Source: Okamejei kenojei
Taxonomy: Eukaryota
Assembly (NCBI GenBank): GCA_035221665.1
Contig: CM069167.1
Span: 12,214,001 to 12,278,000 of the forward strand
Reading direction: 5' to 3'
DNA: 64,000 nucleotides
Both the position numbers and the translations under genes were made by a program. Positions 12,784 through 25,344 of the stretch are shown in pieces (position 1 is the stretch's first letter; the number at the start of each line of letters is the position of its first letter). The notes below the pieces were generated by a model, which saw nothing but the letters and a program-made list of their open reading frames with translations, was not told where the DNA came from and ran no database searches.

Positions 12784-13878
12784 CTTTAGAGATTTTAATA
12801 GAGTGAGGTCAGAACCGAAGGTTAAACATTCTAATACACAGAAGTAGTCACAAACTAATATTTATCTAGATGATGGCACTAATTAAGTTTAGTGTATTTT
12901 TAGTACTCAAAATATCAAAAAGGTTACTATTTATAACAATTATATGGATGTCTATTAAGTCAGAAGATCATTAAGCACATCTGCTGAACTTTGACACATC
13001 ACCAAGGCTGACAATTTAGTGTAATGCCATGGAAGAACCACATTGTCGGTGGTGCCACCTTGCAAATAACAAGCTCGGACCACCCGTCGTACAAAAAAAA
13101 ATCCCTAGGTACCATTCGAAGGGAAGGCAAGCTCATCAGATATTTTGATCGGTGTTTTGCCCTCAACTGACCAGGATAAATTAATATAAATGATGGAAAA
13201 TTAGTTGCTAGGCTCTTCACCTATTACACTAATTCATTCAAAATGGTCAGCTGGGAAAGACAAATGTCCTAAGGATTCAAAAAGCAATGCAAAAATGCTA
13301 GTTCCCTTTCTTTTAATTGATTTTAATGACAGTTGACAGAATTAAGCAATCCAAAAAATTCCAAGTTATAAGCTTTGCAGTGCCTGTTTACAATCTGTAG
13401 CACAAAATAATAGCACCCGGCAGCTAACTTCTAGAAATCAATGCTCGCTATGTTTGATGTTGAATACCCAAGAATATGAATGCAATTGTCACCAACCATG
13501 CAGTGTTCATTAATTTATTCCCCTCACCCCCACCAAAAGACTATCATTTCAACAATCTGAAACACAAGCAGACAATAGGGAATAAGCACCATTGGACTTC
13601 TCTGTTATATCTTGCAGTAAATGGTGTACCCTTTATCCTTGAATTGAATCATTTATCTCTGCACTGTGGACACCTTGATTTTATTAATGTATAGTCTTTT
13701 ACTTGACTGGATAGCACACAAAAAAGATTTTCACTGTGCTTCGGTAAATGTGACAATAATAAACTAAAGTAAAATTTCCAGAGGGAACCCAAGTAACAAT
13801 ACCAGCAGAGACTGCAAGTTCGATGTGCAGGATCTGATCTGCAAGCCAAGCAAATAGTCACTCCCTTTCTAGGATTAC

Positions 13879-14091
13879 CTGAGTTCCTGCTGGGCAGCTG
13901 TTGAATCAAGAGTATCTTCCAGTTCTGTTTTCAAAGCTTCCAGCTCCTCACCCAGGTCTCTCTTCTGTTTATCAGCCTTGATCCTGGATGTCTTCTCAGA
14001 TTCAAGATCCTCTTGCAGCTCACTAATATGAGATTCCAGCTCACGGATTTTCTTTATGGCTGCATTCTTGTATGAAGTTTCCTCTTCCATT
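13879..14091 (-). CDS. MYH9: Exon 26 (213 nt) [14 protein letters not shown]...[13 protein letters not shown]
   Basis: tag|A...AG|gtaatc. Confidence 0.97.
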
Positions 14092-14267
14092 CTATAGAAC
14101 ACAAACAACCAGTTCAAAATAAGGAAGGGGGGGGGGGGGGGGGGAGGGAAATCACTTTAGTTGCTTGTTGGGCTGATCGGCACCAATTACAAATTATTTT
14201 TCTTTGGCTCAATAATTATCTAGAAAGGAGAGTTGAAACAAAAATTAATTATCAGATCAAGAACCAG

Positions 14268-14985
14268 GACAGTTTTAAGGTGAGGGACGAAAGATTTAAT
14301 AGGAATCCAAGGGGTAACATTTTCACACAAAGGGTAGTGGGGGTATGAAACGAGCTGCCAGAGGAGATAGTTGAAGCAGGGACTATTGCAGCATTTAAGA
14401 AACAATTAGACAGGTACATGGATAAGACAGGTTTCGAGAGATATGTGCCAAATGCAGGCAGGTGGGACTAATGTAGATAGGACATGTTGGTCGGTGTGGG
14501 CAAGTTTGGCCGAAGGGCACACTGTATGGCAGGGGTCGGCAATCTACGGCCCCCGGACAGAATGCGACCCGTAACCCGAAATCATCCGACCCACCGGCGG
14601 AAATTGTTTCCCATATTCATCTGGCCCGCCAAGTACGCAGCCGAGCTCTGGCTGTACCGCATCCTGCGCAAAGCTGCCGGCACGGCCACGCACCTTCTGC
14701 GAACACGTTTAAGAAAAAACTGCGGATGCTGGAAAAATCAAAGGTACACAAAAATGCTGGAGAAACTCAGCGGGTGAGACATGCAAGGATTGCATGAGGT
14801 TGCCTCAGCCGCTTAGTTTCTCCAGCATTTTCTTCTACCTTCTGTGAACACGTGATGTGATGCCAGCCATCCGGGGCGGGATCCATGCATACACGTGATA
14901 GATATGGCCCGCCATCCGCTCACAGACATGCGTCCCGACCGCTATGCAGAACAAGGTTGCTGACCCCTGCTGTATGACTATGACG
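14268..14985 (+). mobile_element. CR1-type LINE 3' end hosting a hAT MITE
   Basis: Shared CR1 tail, interrupted at ctgtatg. Confidence 0.65.
14530..14969. mobile_element. Non-autonomous hAT (Charlie-like) DNA transposon carrying a Penelope-terminal fragment
   Basis: TIRs CAGGGGTCGGCAA / TTGCTGACCCCTG; 8-bp TSD ctgtatgg/ctgtatga. Confidence 0.85.
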
Positions 14986-15105
14986 CTATCTTAAATCTAA
15001 AACAGAGTCTCCAGTGGATAAAAGGCCAATGCATGGACAAGTAGTGCAAGACAGTTAAGGAATAAAGGATGAATTTCTCTGCTACATGCTTACTACAATT
15101 TTTAC

Positions 15106-15277
15106 CTGGCCAGTGCTGCTTGAAGTTCCTCCTCTTTCTTGGCCAACTGCGCTTTTAGCTCTGCAATCTGTTGTTGGAGCTCAGCAATTTGGTCATGTAA
15201 ATCTGATGAATCTCCCTCCAATTTACGACGGTTCTTCTCCAGTTCCTGCCTTCCCTTCTCCTCCCTCCTCAGTCGGT
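15106..15277 (-). CDS. MYH9: Exon 25 (172 nt) [21 protein letters not shown]...LQAALAR
   Basis: cag|AC...AG|gtaaaa. Confidence 0.96.
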
Positions 15278-16801
15278 CTGTCAGAAAACAAGCAGTACTG
15301 TAATGCTGAAAAGTTGATACGCCCAGAAAACCCGCTGGAGCCCAAAATCGCGTTTGGGATAGAAACGGTCACTGGATACAAGCAATTTAAATGTTTTTCC
15401 AAAGGGCCATTTATGCTCAAAGGAACCACCAGAAGGAAAAATCCAATATATCTAGTCAACAATGGGATTTTTTTGAAATCTTCCACTATTCCCTTTCAAA
15501 AAATTGAGAACATTTTTTATAGACCATTCTATTTGCATGATGCAAATGTACACCTTTCCCCAATTGAACAAAAACCTGAAATTACTGCAACTATGGGACT
15601 TAAACTCTCAGATTTTATGCTAATAAGCTCAGATTTGGTTACAAAACCACGCAGTTAACTCAATCCAGGATAATTTTGTTATCCTACCTTACTCTAGTTC
15701 CAAAACAAACATCTGCCAGCACAGAACCAAATTTGTCACTGCTCCTATTATTTGGCTTTTATGGCCAAGTATATATTCGATAACAATAATCAAAATGCTG
15801 CATTGACCCAAAATGTGGACAACTCCTCCCCCGAACTGCACGACAAGCTAATAGACCTGAACTTCACTGAAATCAATTTATGGGCACTCTTGGGAACGAC
15901 GAACAGTAATTCATGCTTCGTTATAGTTAGAAAATGCATGCATAGAGGAACTCTGGATATAACTTTCAAATTGATAAGCCAAGTAGCGAGAGCTGATGAT
16001 AAAGCTTATGGAATTCATAAACATGAGAATACAAAAGCAGGAGTTTAGCAACTGGATTAGTTCATCCAATTAATCTAGGATGGATATTAGGATGTGTCAA
16101 GTGTGTAAAAAAAATATTTATGAGAATGGCTCTCGGGTTGAAGAATTTGAACTGTGAACAAGAATTATTCTCCATCCGGCAAAGATTGAGAGGTTTTTCA
16201 TTTGTGTACAGTTTTGTCGTTTGGGTACAAAAATGTTCTTCCCATCAACCAATAGCTCAAGGACTGGGGAATAAAGGCAAAAATTAAAGGGGGGGGGGGG
16301 GGGGGTGCAAGAAACCTCTTTTTTTTAAATAAACACAGACAGTAGTGTTGGTGTGGAACGTACTGCTCAGTGGTATTGGAAATAATGAATTAGGGTTTCA
16401 AAAAGGAAAAGCATTAAAGGAAAATAAAATATTTTGCAATTTTGGGAAATAAAACAGGAAAAGGAGTGGAAATAAAACAGGGAAATAGATTGGTCAAAAA
16501 ACCAGCAGGAACCTACTGCCTCTTGTTCCTTATCCTGGCAATTTTTTGATTCAAGGGAAGTGTGCATATTCTAGATTGGGGAAAGACACATTTAAATCTC
16601 ACAGTGGAGGTTTAAGAATTTGAATTCCATTCTTTAAAAAACTCAGTTAAGGAGATTTGGACCATTAGATTGGCATAAAACACATTGTTTCAATGGAAAG
16701 AAACTTTAGTCCTTATTTAGTATGATGTAAAAATGACTTGTTAGACCTTCCAAAATGGTAAAGCAAATCATTATAGTCACAAACATTTAATTCAAGTTCA
16801 C

Positions 16802-16925
16802 CTTCAAGATCGGAAATCATTGTTTCATGTTTCGCCTTGAGTTTGGCCAGGCTTTTTGACTTTTCTTCTTCTTCAGCAAGATTTGTAGCGTACTCTGCTA
16901 TCCTCTCATCCATAAATTTCTTTTC
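16802..16925 (-). CDS. MYH9: Exon 24 (124 nt) [24 protein letters not shown]...ISDLE
   Basis: cag|GAA...GAAG|gtgaac. Confidence 0.96.
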
Positions 16926-17033
16926 CTGCATAAGACACATGACACAAACACGGTGAGATAAAGAAATTCATTACTCTAGTGTGTGAAAGATTTATTTTAA
17001 AATTAAGTTATTCTGTATGACAAAAATGTGTAC

Positions 17034-17171
17034 CTTTAATAGTTTATTGTTCTGATCATCCAGCACCAAGATATCTTCATCCATTTTCTTCAGCTTAGCT
17101 TCAGCAGTCACTTTCTCCAGTTGTAGTTTTTGTCTAGCTGCTTCTTCTTCTTCCAGTTGTTCCTCCAGCTC
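17034..17171 (-). CDS. MYH9: Exon 23 (138 nt) [26 protein letters not shown]...KLLK
   Basis: tag|GAG...AAG|gtacac. Confidence 0.96.
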
Positions 17172-17937
17172 CTAGAAGTGCCATAGAATCAACATGATCA
17201 TTACTGTCTCATTCTTTAAATGTACAAATTAACTTTCCCCAATCCTAAACTTGTGGATATTATGTGGTTTATCCACACATGATCAAAGACCCATTCAGTG
17301 GTTTATCCTTTCAAAGGTATCAATGCAAAAATATCCAAATAACTTTCACATCCAGGAAAAAAAAGGCACAATTTCTACTTCCCAAATGCTTTATGGGAAT
17401 ATGTGACCCTTGAATTTTGAAGTTTAAAATGTGAACATTTCAATTAACATTTTCTATTAATTTTTAAGCAGGGTACCAAGTGATAAATGTACCAGAATAT
17501 TCAGAACAGGGTTATCTTAAATGCCGCATTATTGTCAGTTTAAGAAATCTACTAGCATAAAGATTGTGAGAATTGACATTAGGACATTTGATAAATTAAT
17601 CTTGAACTTTATGGGTCAAGTAATTTTTCTCAATACAGGATAAAATACAGAATAAAATTTGGGGGCAATTCAACCAAATTTGCTTCAACTCGGTTTCCAT
17701 TGAAAATAGAAAGTTATCCCCAGTTTTGATAGATATAGGCAGTACAAAATAGCATTTCTCACACCAAGGTTAAACTGATCCTACATAGGTGACTTAAGTT
17801 TTCTTCAACTCAACTGCCACTTCTTGGAGATCAAATGATCTCAACATTTTATCCCCAAATTTTTAAGTTTGTGAGGTACTTTGCATTTAATATACCGTTG
17901 TTGCAACCCATACCACATAACTTTAAATGCACTTTAC

Positions 17938-18144
17938 CTGGATATTTTGATGCATTTTTTTCTTATCTGCAAGCATATGTTGGCAGCGCTCTTCCTCCTC
18001 CTCTACCCGTGCCTCGAGATCATGTAGGATCTCCTCTAGCTCCTGCTTCTTAGCTGCCATTCGTGACCGCATCTCCTCTGCTTCTGCACAGAGTTCAGTT
18101 TCAGCCTGCAGCTGCTCCTGCAGCGCAGACTTCTCAACATTTAA
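17938..18144 (-). CDS. MYH9: Exon 22 (207 nt) [24 protein letters not shown]...QNIQ
   Basis: cag|TTA...CAG|gtaaag. Confidence 0.97.
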
Positions 18145-18269
18145 CTGCAAGGCAATAAGGTTTGTCAGCATTAACAGGAAAATCAAAACAAACTCAAACC
18201 ATCACTTCCATTTAGAGGAAGCTCATTCTATAATCAATCTAACCCCAGGAACCTACTCTACAAATAGTA

Positions 18270-21200
18270 TTGGTAGGTCTCCTGCTGCACGTGGGACATT
18301 GAAACTCTTGCCCAATGCTGCACCACCAAGTATGCCATCATCCCATCCCTCGTCCTCATTTCCGCCAATCTGATTATCTGTCGGTGCTCCCTGCTCCCTT
18401 CAGACAGAGTAAAGTGTGAGGTAGCAACGAAAAGATCAATACAGCTAAAGTCCGGGTGGGAGATTGCAACCGTTCATGTGGTCCACCCTGTTTCGACGAA
18501 TGCAATCTACCTGGCGTGCACAATCAAGTAAGATCAAATAGAACAAGTTGTCCTACAACTTTAGGCTGTGCACGCCGTACGCAAGAAGAAGAAGAAAAAG
18601 AGGACAGGGGTTCATACAAAGAGATACTCATTTAACAATTTAACGGCTGTCTAATATAATGTACTCACATAATACTGAAGAAGAACTAGCAATTATGTCA
18701 TTGGATGCAGAAAAAGCTATCGAGTGGCAATATTTATTCAAACTATTGGAAAAATTTAACATGGGAGATAATTTTATTTCATGGGTAAAATTATTATATG
18801 ATAAGCCGACGGCTAGAATACCGACTAATATTATCCCCGAAATTCCAATTAGCAAGGGGCAATAGGCAGGGGTGCGCGTTATCGCCCCTGCTATTTGCAC
18901 TAGTGATAGAGCCTTTAGCTGAAAGTATAAGAAGCCATCCGAATATTCATGGGTATAATACCAAACACGCAAATAATAAAATTTCATTATATGCAGACGA
19001 CATATTATTATATATTACAAATTTGCAAATTAGCATACCATATATACTAAAGTTAATAGTGGAATTTGGTTCTTTTTCATGATATAGAATAAATTGGAAC
19101 AAAAGAGAAATTATGACGATAAAATCTCAAGAGTCGACACATCTGTTGAAATTCCCTTTTAGAATTACGACAGAAAAATTTAAGCATTTGGGCATCCAAA
19201 TTACTAGGAACTATAAATCATTACTCAACGCAAACTATATGCCTATTATTAACTAAATTAAATGGTTTGATTAATTTTTGGAAGACACTGCCGATGTCTT
19301 TAATAGGCAGAATAAATGCGATAAAAATCTTTACCACAAATATTGTACCTATTTCAGTCAATACCAATATACTTACCTAAAAAATTCTTTAAAAAATTAG
19401 ATTCTGATATCATAAATTTCATATGGGATTATAAATCACACAGAATTAAAATAAAACACTTGTGTAAATCTAAAGAATCAGGGAGACTGACACTCCCTAA
19501 CTTATTGTATTATTATTGGGCAGTGAATATTAAAAATATAATCTACTGGTTGGACAGTTCTGCCCAACAGGTAGATTGGATAAGAATGGAGAAAGAGGAT
19601 TGTTCCCCTTATAATATAGGAGCGATCCTTCTTTCCCCAATAAAACTGAACAATTATGATATACAAGAAGAATCCAATTATTCATAGTATAATACGAATT
19701 TGGAAGCAAATAAAATTAACTTTAAAATTAAGAAAATTATTGCTTCTTTCTCCAATAGCTAATCATGCCTCATTCAAACCATCCATTATTGATAAAACGT
19801 TTATCCATTGGGAAAGAATAGGAATTAAAACGATGGGAGATATGTATGAAATGGGAAAGTTTTTATCATTCCAACAACAACTAAAATATCATTTGAAAAG
19901 TAATCAATATTTCAAATACCTTCAAATTCAAGATTTGAAAAAGTATATACAAGGATATCAAACTTTAACCCAAGATTTATTGGAGGAAGGAATGAATAGA
20001 AAGACAGAATCAAGCAATTTAATATCTTACTTATATAATAATTCTAAATATAGAAACACCAACGACAGAGGCAATTAGAAGAGACTGGGAACAAGAGTTA
20101 TGATAAAAATTCCCAACGATAGATGGGATAAAAATTTATTATATGTAAACAAATGTTCAATGAATGCAAGACATAACCTAATTCAATTTAAAATTTTACA
20201 TCGATTATATTATTCGAAAACAAGACTGAATAAAATATTTTCAAAATGTTTCCCCCATCTGTGATAAATGTCTAACTCAAAATGCCACTATAGCGCATTC
20301 CTTTGTCTCTTGTACAAAACTGTATAAACTTTGGAATGAAATTTTTGGAATTTTTACAAAACTATTTAACACAAAATTGAACCCCAATACAGAATTGATT
20401 ATCTTTGGATCAATGGAAGAGGGAAGTAAACTAACTATATTCCAAGAAGCTTTTCTTAATTATGGTCTAATAACAGCAAAAAAACTTATATTTAAATTTT
20501 GGAAAAACGCACCTACGCCAACATTCAAAATGTGGATCTCAAACATGTCTGAAATGCTACATCTTGAAGAAATGAGATTCCTCCTACTAGGCAAAGTAGA
20601 CCAATTCTTAAAGATTTGGTCTCCTTTTATCAACTTTTTACAAGCATATGGTGCAACATAACATAACCTTAGAAATTAAATGGTTTAGAACTGGATAGGC
20701 AAAAATACGAGATAGGTAGATCTCTCCTAATCTCTCTTTTTCTTTACTTTCTCCTTTTCTTTCAATCTTTTAACTTCTCATCTCTGTCCTTAATTTCTTT
20801 TGATTTCTGTTTCTACTCGCTTGTCTATCCATTCCGACACTCTTTATTTCTATTTTTTTTTTGTTCTTTTATTATTGAACCAAAAGTATGAAGTTGTACA
20901 AGAATGAAAATATGTATTTATGTATTAGGTACTTAAGTACCAGACTATTGTACTTACTTCTAACAAAAATAAACAACAACAACAAAAAAAAAAGCTAAAG
21001 TCAGAGGAAGCTGGGGGTCTACTTCAGGACTACCTCGAGTCGGTGGATGGAACATGTTCAAGATCACTTTATCCAGCCTGAATAAGATCACTTTATTCAG
21101 GCTGGATAAAGTAATGAAGCAAGATCACTTGATCCAGTCATCACCAAAATTTACGTGGACGACTGCGTTCCAAAAAAGACAGTTCAGGTCTATCCTAACC

Positions 21201-21325
21201 AGATAGCTTGGATATTCATTTGTCTGCTAAAGTCCAGATCCAAGGCTTTCAAGAGAATGATCCCACACTGTATAAGGACAATCATGAACTTCGCAAGGAT
21301 TACTAGAGATGCCAAGAGAGAATTT
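18270..21325 (+). mobile_element. Old Rex/Babar-like LINE fragment split by a later insertion (pieces about 18270-18452 and 20993-21325)
   Basis: Degenerate endonuclease/linker-like coding, e.g. DDCVPKKTVQVYPNQ; sequence appears continuous across the TSD. Confidence 0.55.
18598..20992 (+). mobile_element. 5'-truncated L1-clade LINE (ORF2 RT/C-terminus with frameshifts)
   Basis: SLDAEKA, RQGCALSPLLF, YADD and YLFQSIPI motifs; T-rich 3'UTR; AATAAA and A-rich tail ending at 20992. Confidence 0.92.
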
Positions 21326-21337
21326 CCCAATTCTTAC

Positions 21338-21469
21338 CTGGTTGTTTTGCTCCTCTATTTCCATTATCCTCTGCTCTGCTAGCAATTGCCTCTCCTTGGT
21401 TTTGTGCAACTCATCCTCTTTGGCAACCATTTCCTCTTCCTGTCGACTCACCTGTAGCAAAGGCTTCAC
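21338..21469 (-). CDS. MYH9: Exon 21 (132 nt) [14 protein letters not shown]...QNNQ
   Basis: cag|GTG...CAG|gtaaga. Confidence 0.97.
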
Positions 21470-22152
21470 CTGTGGGCATAAATAGTGCCATTAGATAAAA
21501 TACTGCACCAGGGTATGCTCAACAATATGAAAGAACAGAACATAGTAGGCATCGACTACAAAACAGATCAGCGTGTTCATATACCATTATATAAATATAT
21601 ACACACATGAATAAATAAACTGATAAAGTGCAATAAGTGCAAGGTCAATTCTACTCGTATACTTTTCTATGAAAATAGAAACATGAAAATTCACCAACGT
21701 TGGAAGTACAAGACAGCCAATGCACTTACTACTGCTGTCGATAGGCAATAATCATAAAAGAAGCACACACAGCCAACAGGGCTTTCTGAAAGAGACATCA
21801 ATCCCCTCCCCCCCCCCCCCATTCAATTAAATTCAGATCATAATCTTGTATATGCCTCATCCTCAAGCATCAATGCAAAAGTTATTTCCACTGCTTTTTC
21901 AGATAGAACAATCCTGAACCCAACAACTCTGAACACATTTTTCATTACCCTGCTAGATTATTTGTCAAATATGTTAGATGTGCACTGGAAATTAACTACA
22001 ACTCAGAAGTATTCTCCACGTGCTGTACAAAATTGTTCATTTTCAGAATCTCAATTATTGCTTTACATTATTTATTTCAAAAACACTCCTAAATATTTCA
22101 ACAATATCTTTCAGCCCAACGTCCATGCCGACCAGGATGCCACATCTAATTG

Positions 22153-22372
22153 TGTAGGAAGGAACTGCAGATGCTGGCTTTAAATCAGATAGGCACAAAA
22201 AGCTGGAGTAACTCAGCAGGACTGGCAGCATCTCTGGAGAGAAGAAATGGGTGACGTTTCGGGTCGAGACCCTTCTTCTGACCAGTCTGAAGAAGGGTCT
22301 CGACTCAAAACATCACCCATTCCTTCTCTCCAGATATGCTTCCTGTCCCGATGAGTTACTCCAGCTTTGTGT
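22153..22372. mobile_element. Short palindromic Penelope-derived element
   Basis: About 90-bp inverted arms; 12-bp TSD cacatctaattg (22141-22152 / 22373-22384). Confidence 0.85.
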
Positions 22373-23107
22373 CACATCTAATTGATTAATTCCCAAGTCA
22401 AGGGTTAGCTATGGAGTAGAATCAATGCCAAATTTCTCATAATCAAGTCCAACATCCATAATAACCGCATCCGTCTTAAAGCAGGGTCTATAGAAATACC
22501 CATATCTCTAGCTGAAATACAATTATCAATTTATACTATTGCTATACCCAATTAACTAACATTTCATGAACAAAAATATATTCAGCAAACCCGTAGATAA
22601 GACTGCCAGCATCTCAGTACCCAACCTCATTTAACAACATTATACCATTTTTAAATGGCCTTTTCAAAATCAGACCTTCCCAAATACATCTCTTTACATT
22701 GTCTTGCAATAAACTCAATCTGTCCATTTTATATTATTCAGAGCAGTGGCAATTGGGCACTGGGATGAGTGGAGCTTTTGGGATTTGAGAGGCTTCTGAT
22801 TTAGGGATCGCAACATAAAGGTTGTATGGAGACAATGGAGAATCCCATCTCCCTCACACCACCAATGTTTCAAGAGGTGAGATTTAGGAATAGAAGAGCT
22901 ATACGTGTTAATACATTCACATGGTAGAAGACCACTGTTTTTTTGTCACGAGTGGAAAACCGATTACACTATCTGTCTGAGTTTAAAGCAATTGATTGAT
23001 TTTTATTTGGAAATAAGAGTACCCAAATATAGAAATGTAATAAATTACCCTACATTTTGATATCGTTAAAGTAAAACAAATTGCATCTTCTGGGGCATCA
23101 TACTTGC

Positions 23108-23216
23108 CTTTGTAAACAGTCTCCACCACTGCCAATTGCGTAGTTTCAGGTAAGCAGCACAGTTCCTTTGAATTACCTTCATGGCATTCAGCTGCTGTTG
23201 GCGTCTGGCAAAGGCC
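23108..23216 (-). CDS. MYH9: Exon 20 (109 nt) [36 protein letters not shown]
   Basis: tag|G...AAG|gcaagt (GC donor). Confidence 0.95.
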
Positions 23217-23540
23217 CTATAATTAGTGGCAACAAGAACAGTTCCATTAGAAGTGGCTCCACGCAAACTTGTACTTTTTAAAATTAGCTGCATGTATCGC
23301 ACAAATACTGAAGTGCAGAATAGGAAAGAATTTTAATTTACAATTTTGGACTGCAAACAAAATATCAGGTCAAATATTTAGCACAAGTCAAACTTTGACA
23401 AAGGATCATATTTCAAGGACAATCCTACAAACTTGAATATAGAAAAGGAATCAGTTGTCAGAAGTTCCGGAATGCTATTTTGCTAGCTCATGTTAACAGC
23501 ATGCTCTACTTTCTTCTGAACACAAAGCTTCAATTGCCAA

Positions 23541-23830
23541 GGTAGACAAAAGTGCTGGAGAAACTCAGCAGGTGCAGCAGCATCTATTGAGCGAAGGAAA
23601 TGGGCAATGTTTTGGGTCGAAACCCTTCTTCAATTGCCAATTCAAGTGAAGACACAAAGTGCTGGAGTAGCTCAGTGGGTCAGGCAGCATCTCTGAAGAA
23701 CATGGATAGGGAATGTTTGGGTTGGGACCCTTCTTCAGGCTCACAAAATGCTGGAGTAAATCAGCGGCACAAACGCTGACGTTACTCCAGTGCTGTCTTT
23801 GTAATCCAGCACCTGCAGTTACTTGCATCA
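23541..23830. mobile_element. Two adjacent Penelope-terminal fragments
   Basis: First flanked by direct repeat cttcaattgccaa (23528-23540 / 23628-23640); same motif family (tgctggag.aactcagc). Confidence 0.7.
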
Positions 23831-24507
23831 CCGATTACTTTCACCAATTTATTGATAACCAATGTAAACAGAAGGACAAATTAAATTATTATTAATGCTC
23901 CTAAATCTAGAATAGCAATCACTTGGCAAATAATTGCCTGGCACCCTTTTGGTTTGTACAGGGAATCCAAACCAGAATAGAACCTTATTTTGTAACATCA
24001 GTATTTCAGGTAATCAAGTAAATGTGGAGCTTGAATGCGGGTGTGACATCAAATTCAAATAGATTTAGTACTAAAGGGGGTGTAAAGATGATTTTACAGC
24101 AAATTTCCATTAGATTACTTGCAATGCAAAATATCATAGATTTTCTTTTTTCTTTGTGTAAAAAGAATAAGGCTAGATTTAATGACTAAGTCAATTGGAA
24201 TAGTGGCAAAACTATTGGATCTCGATGGATCAACATGGGATTAAAAGATTGCCTGGGCAATCTGCAACAGTACAAGTTTCCAGCAAGACTGCAAAGTAAC
24301 CATTACAGAGTTCCAAGAACACTTCACTTTCTAATTCGCGGACACTGATAAAAAGAATGGCTAAATTCCTTGCATTACAAAAGTCAAATTTACTTTGGTC
24401 AAGCAAAAGGGCTAGATTTCAATTTTTCTTTAAAATTAATATGCTTTTAATGAGCTCCCTTGCCTACCGTCATTAAACTAAGGAAACATTCAAAAATTAG
24501 GTTCTTA

Positions 24508-24684
<177 letters not shown>

Positions 24685-25274
24685 TCAAGAAACAGTTATT
24701 AAAGCAGATTAGTCTCACCAGATGGAAATACAAAGTGATAGGGTTGTCAGATCTAGGCAGAATTTGAGTTACCATTCACTAAAGATAGCTACAAAGCATT
24801 GCTCTATGTTTGCTGGTTCAATTAATGCATATGCTCCAGTTAGTCAGTTGGGCATTGTCGTGTAATTTTGTTGGGGAATCCAATTGGAAAATGTGAAATA
24901 CTGTTAATGTATTGCGGTCTTCTAATAAAGAAACATTCGTAAGGCTATTGCAGCAGAGTGCGCCATTCTTGACAGGGGAACTGGTTAGTCATCTCGATAA
25001 TTTTCTAATCTGTGCACTCCTAGCACAACCTCCACCTCCTCCCACTAAAGCAGCGAGCAAATGGAAATTGTCCTTCACGCTTTCATCAGTCAGGTCACAC
25101 TATTCTCAGCGGCTTCGTACATAGGTCAAATGACCAATCACTAAACTTTGTTACATCAAGAATTAGTTCACGTTTCCATTTCTTACCAAGTATCATGCAT
25201 TTGATCAAACAAAACATTTACAATCCAAGCTAGAAATGATTGCTAAATCTAGAAACAGCTTTAAAACTACATAC

Positions 25275-25344
25275 CATGAGTACACAAGCCTGCTTTCCAT
25301 CCATGAAACCTTTGGGAATGGAATTGGGTGTAAGGATTTCATAT
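25275..25344 (-). CDS. MYH9: Exon 18 (70 nt) [23 protein letters not shown]
   Basis: cag|A...ATG|gtatgt. Confidence 0.97.

Noticed and set aside
15086-15658. 190-aa plus-strand ORF
   Set aside because: Antisense to exon 25 plus intron; no recognisable domain. The same applies to the other plus-strand ORFs overlapping exons (4788, 5765, 7521, 11558, 36750).
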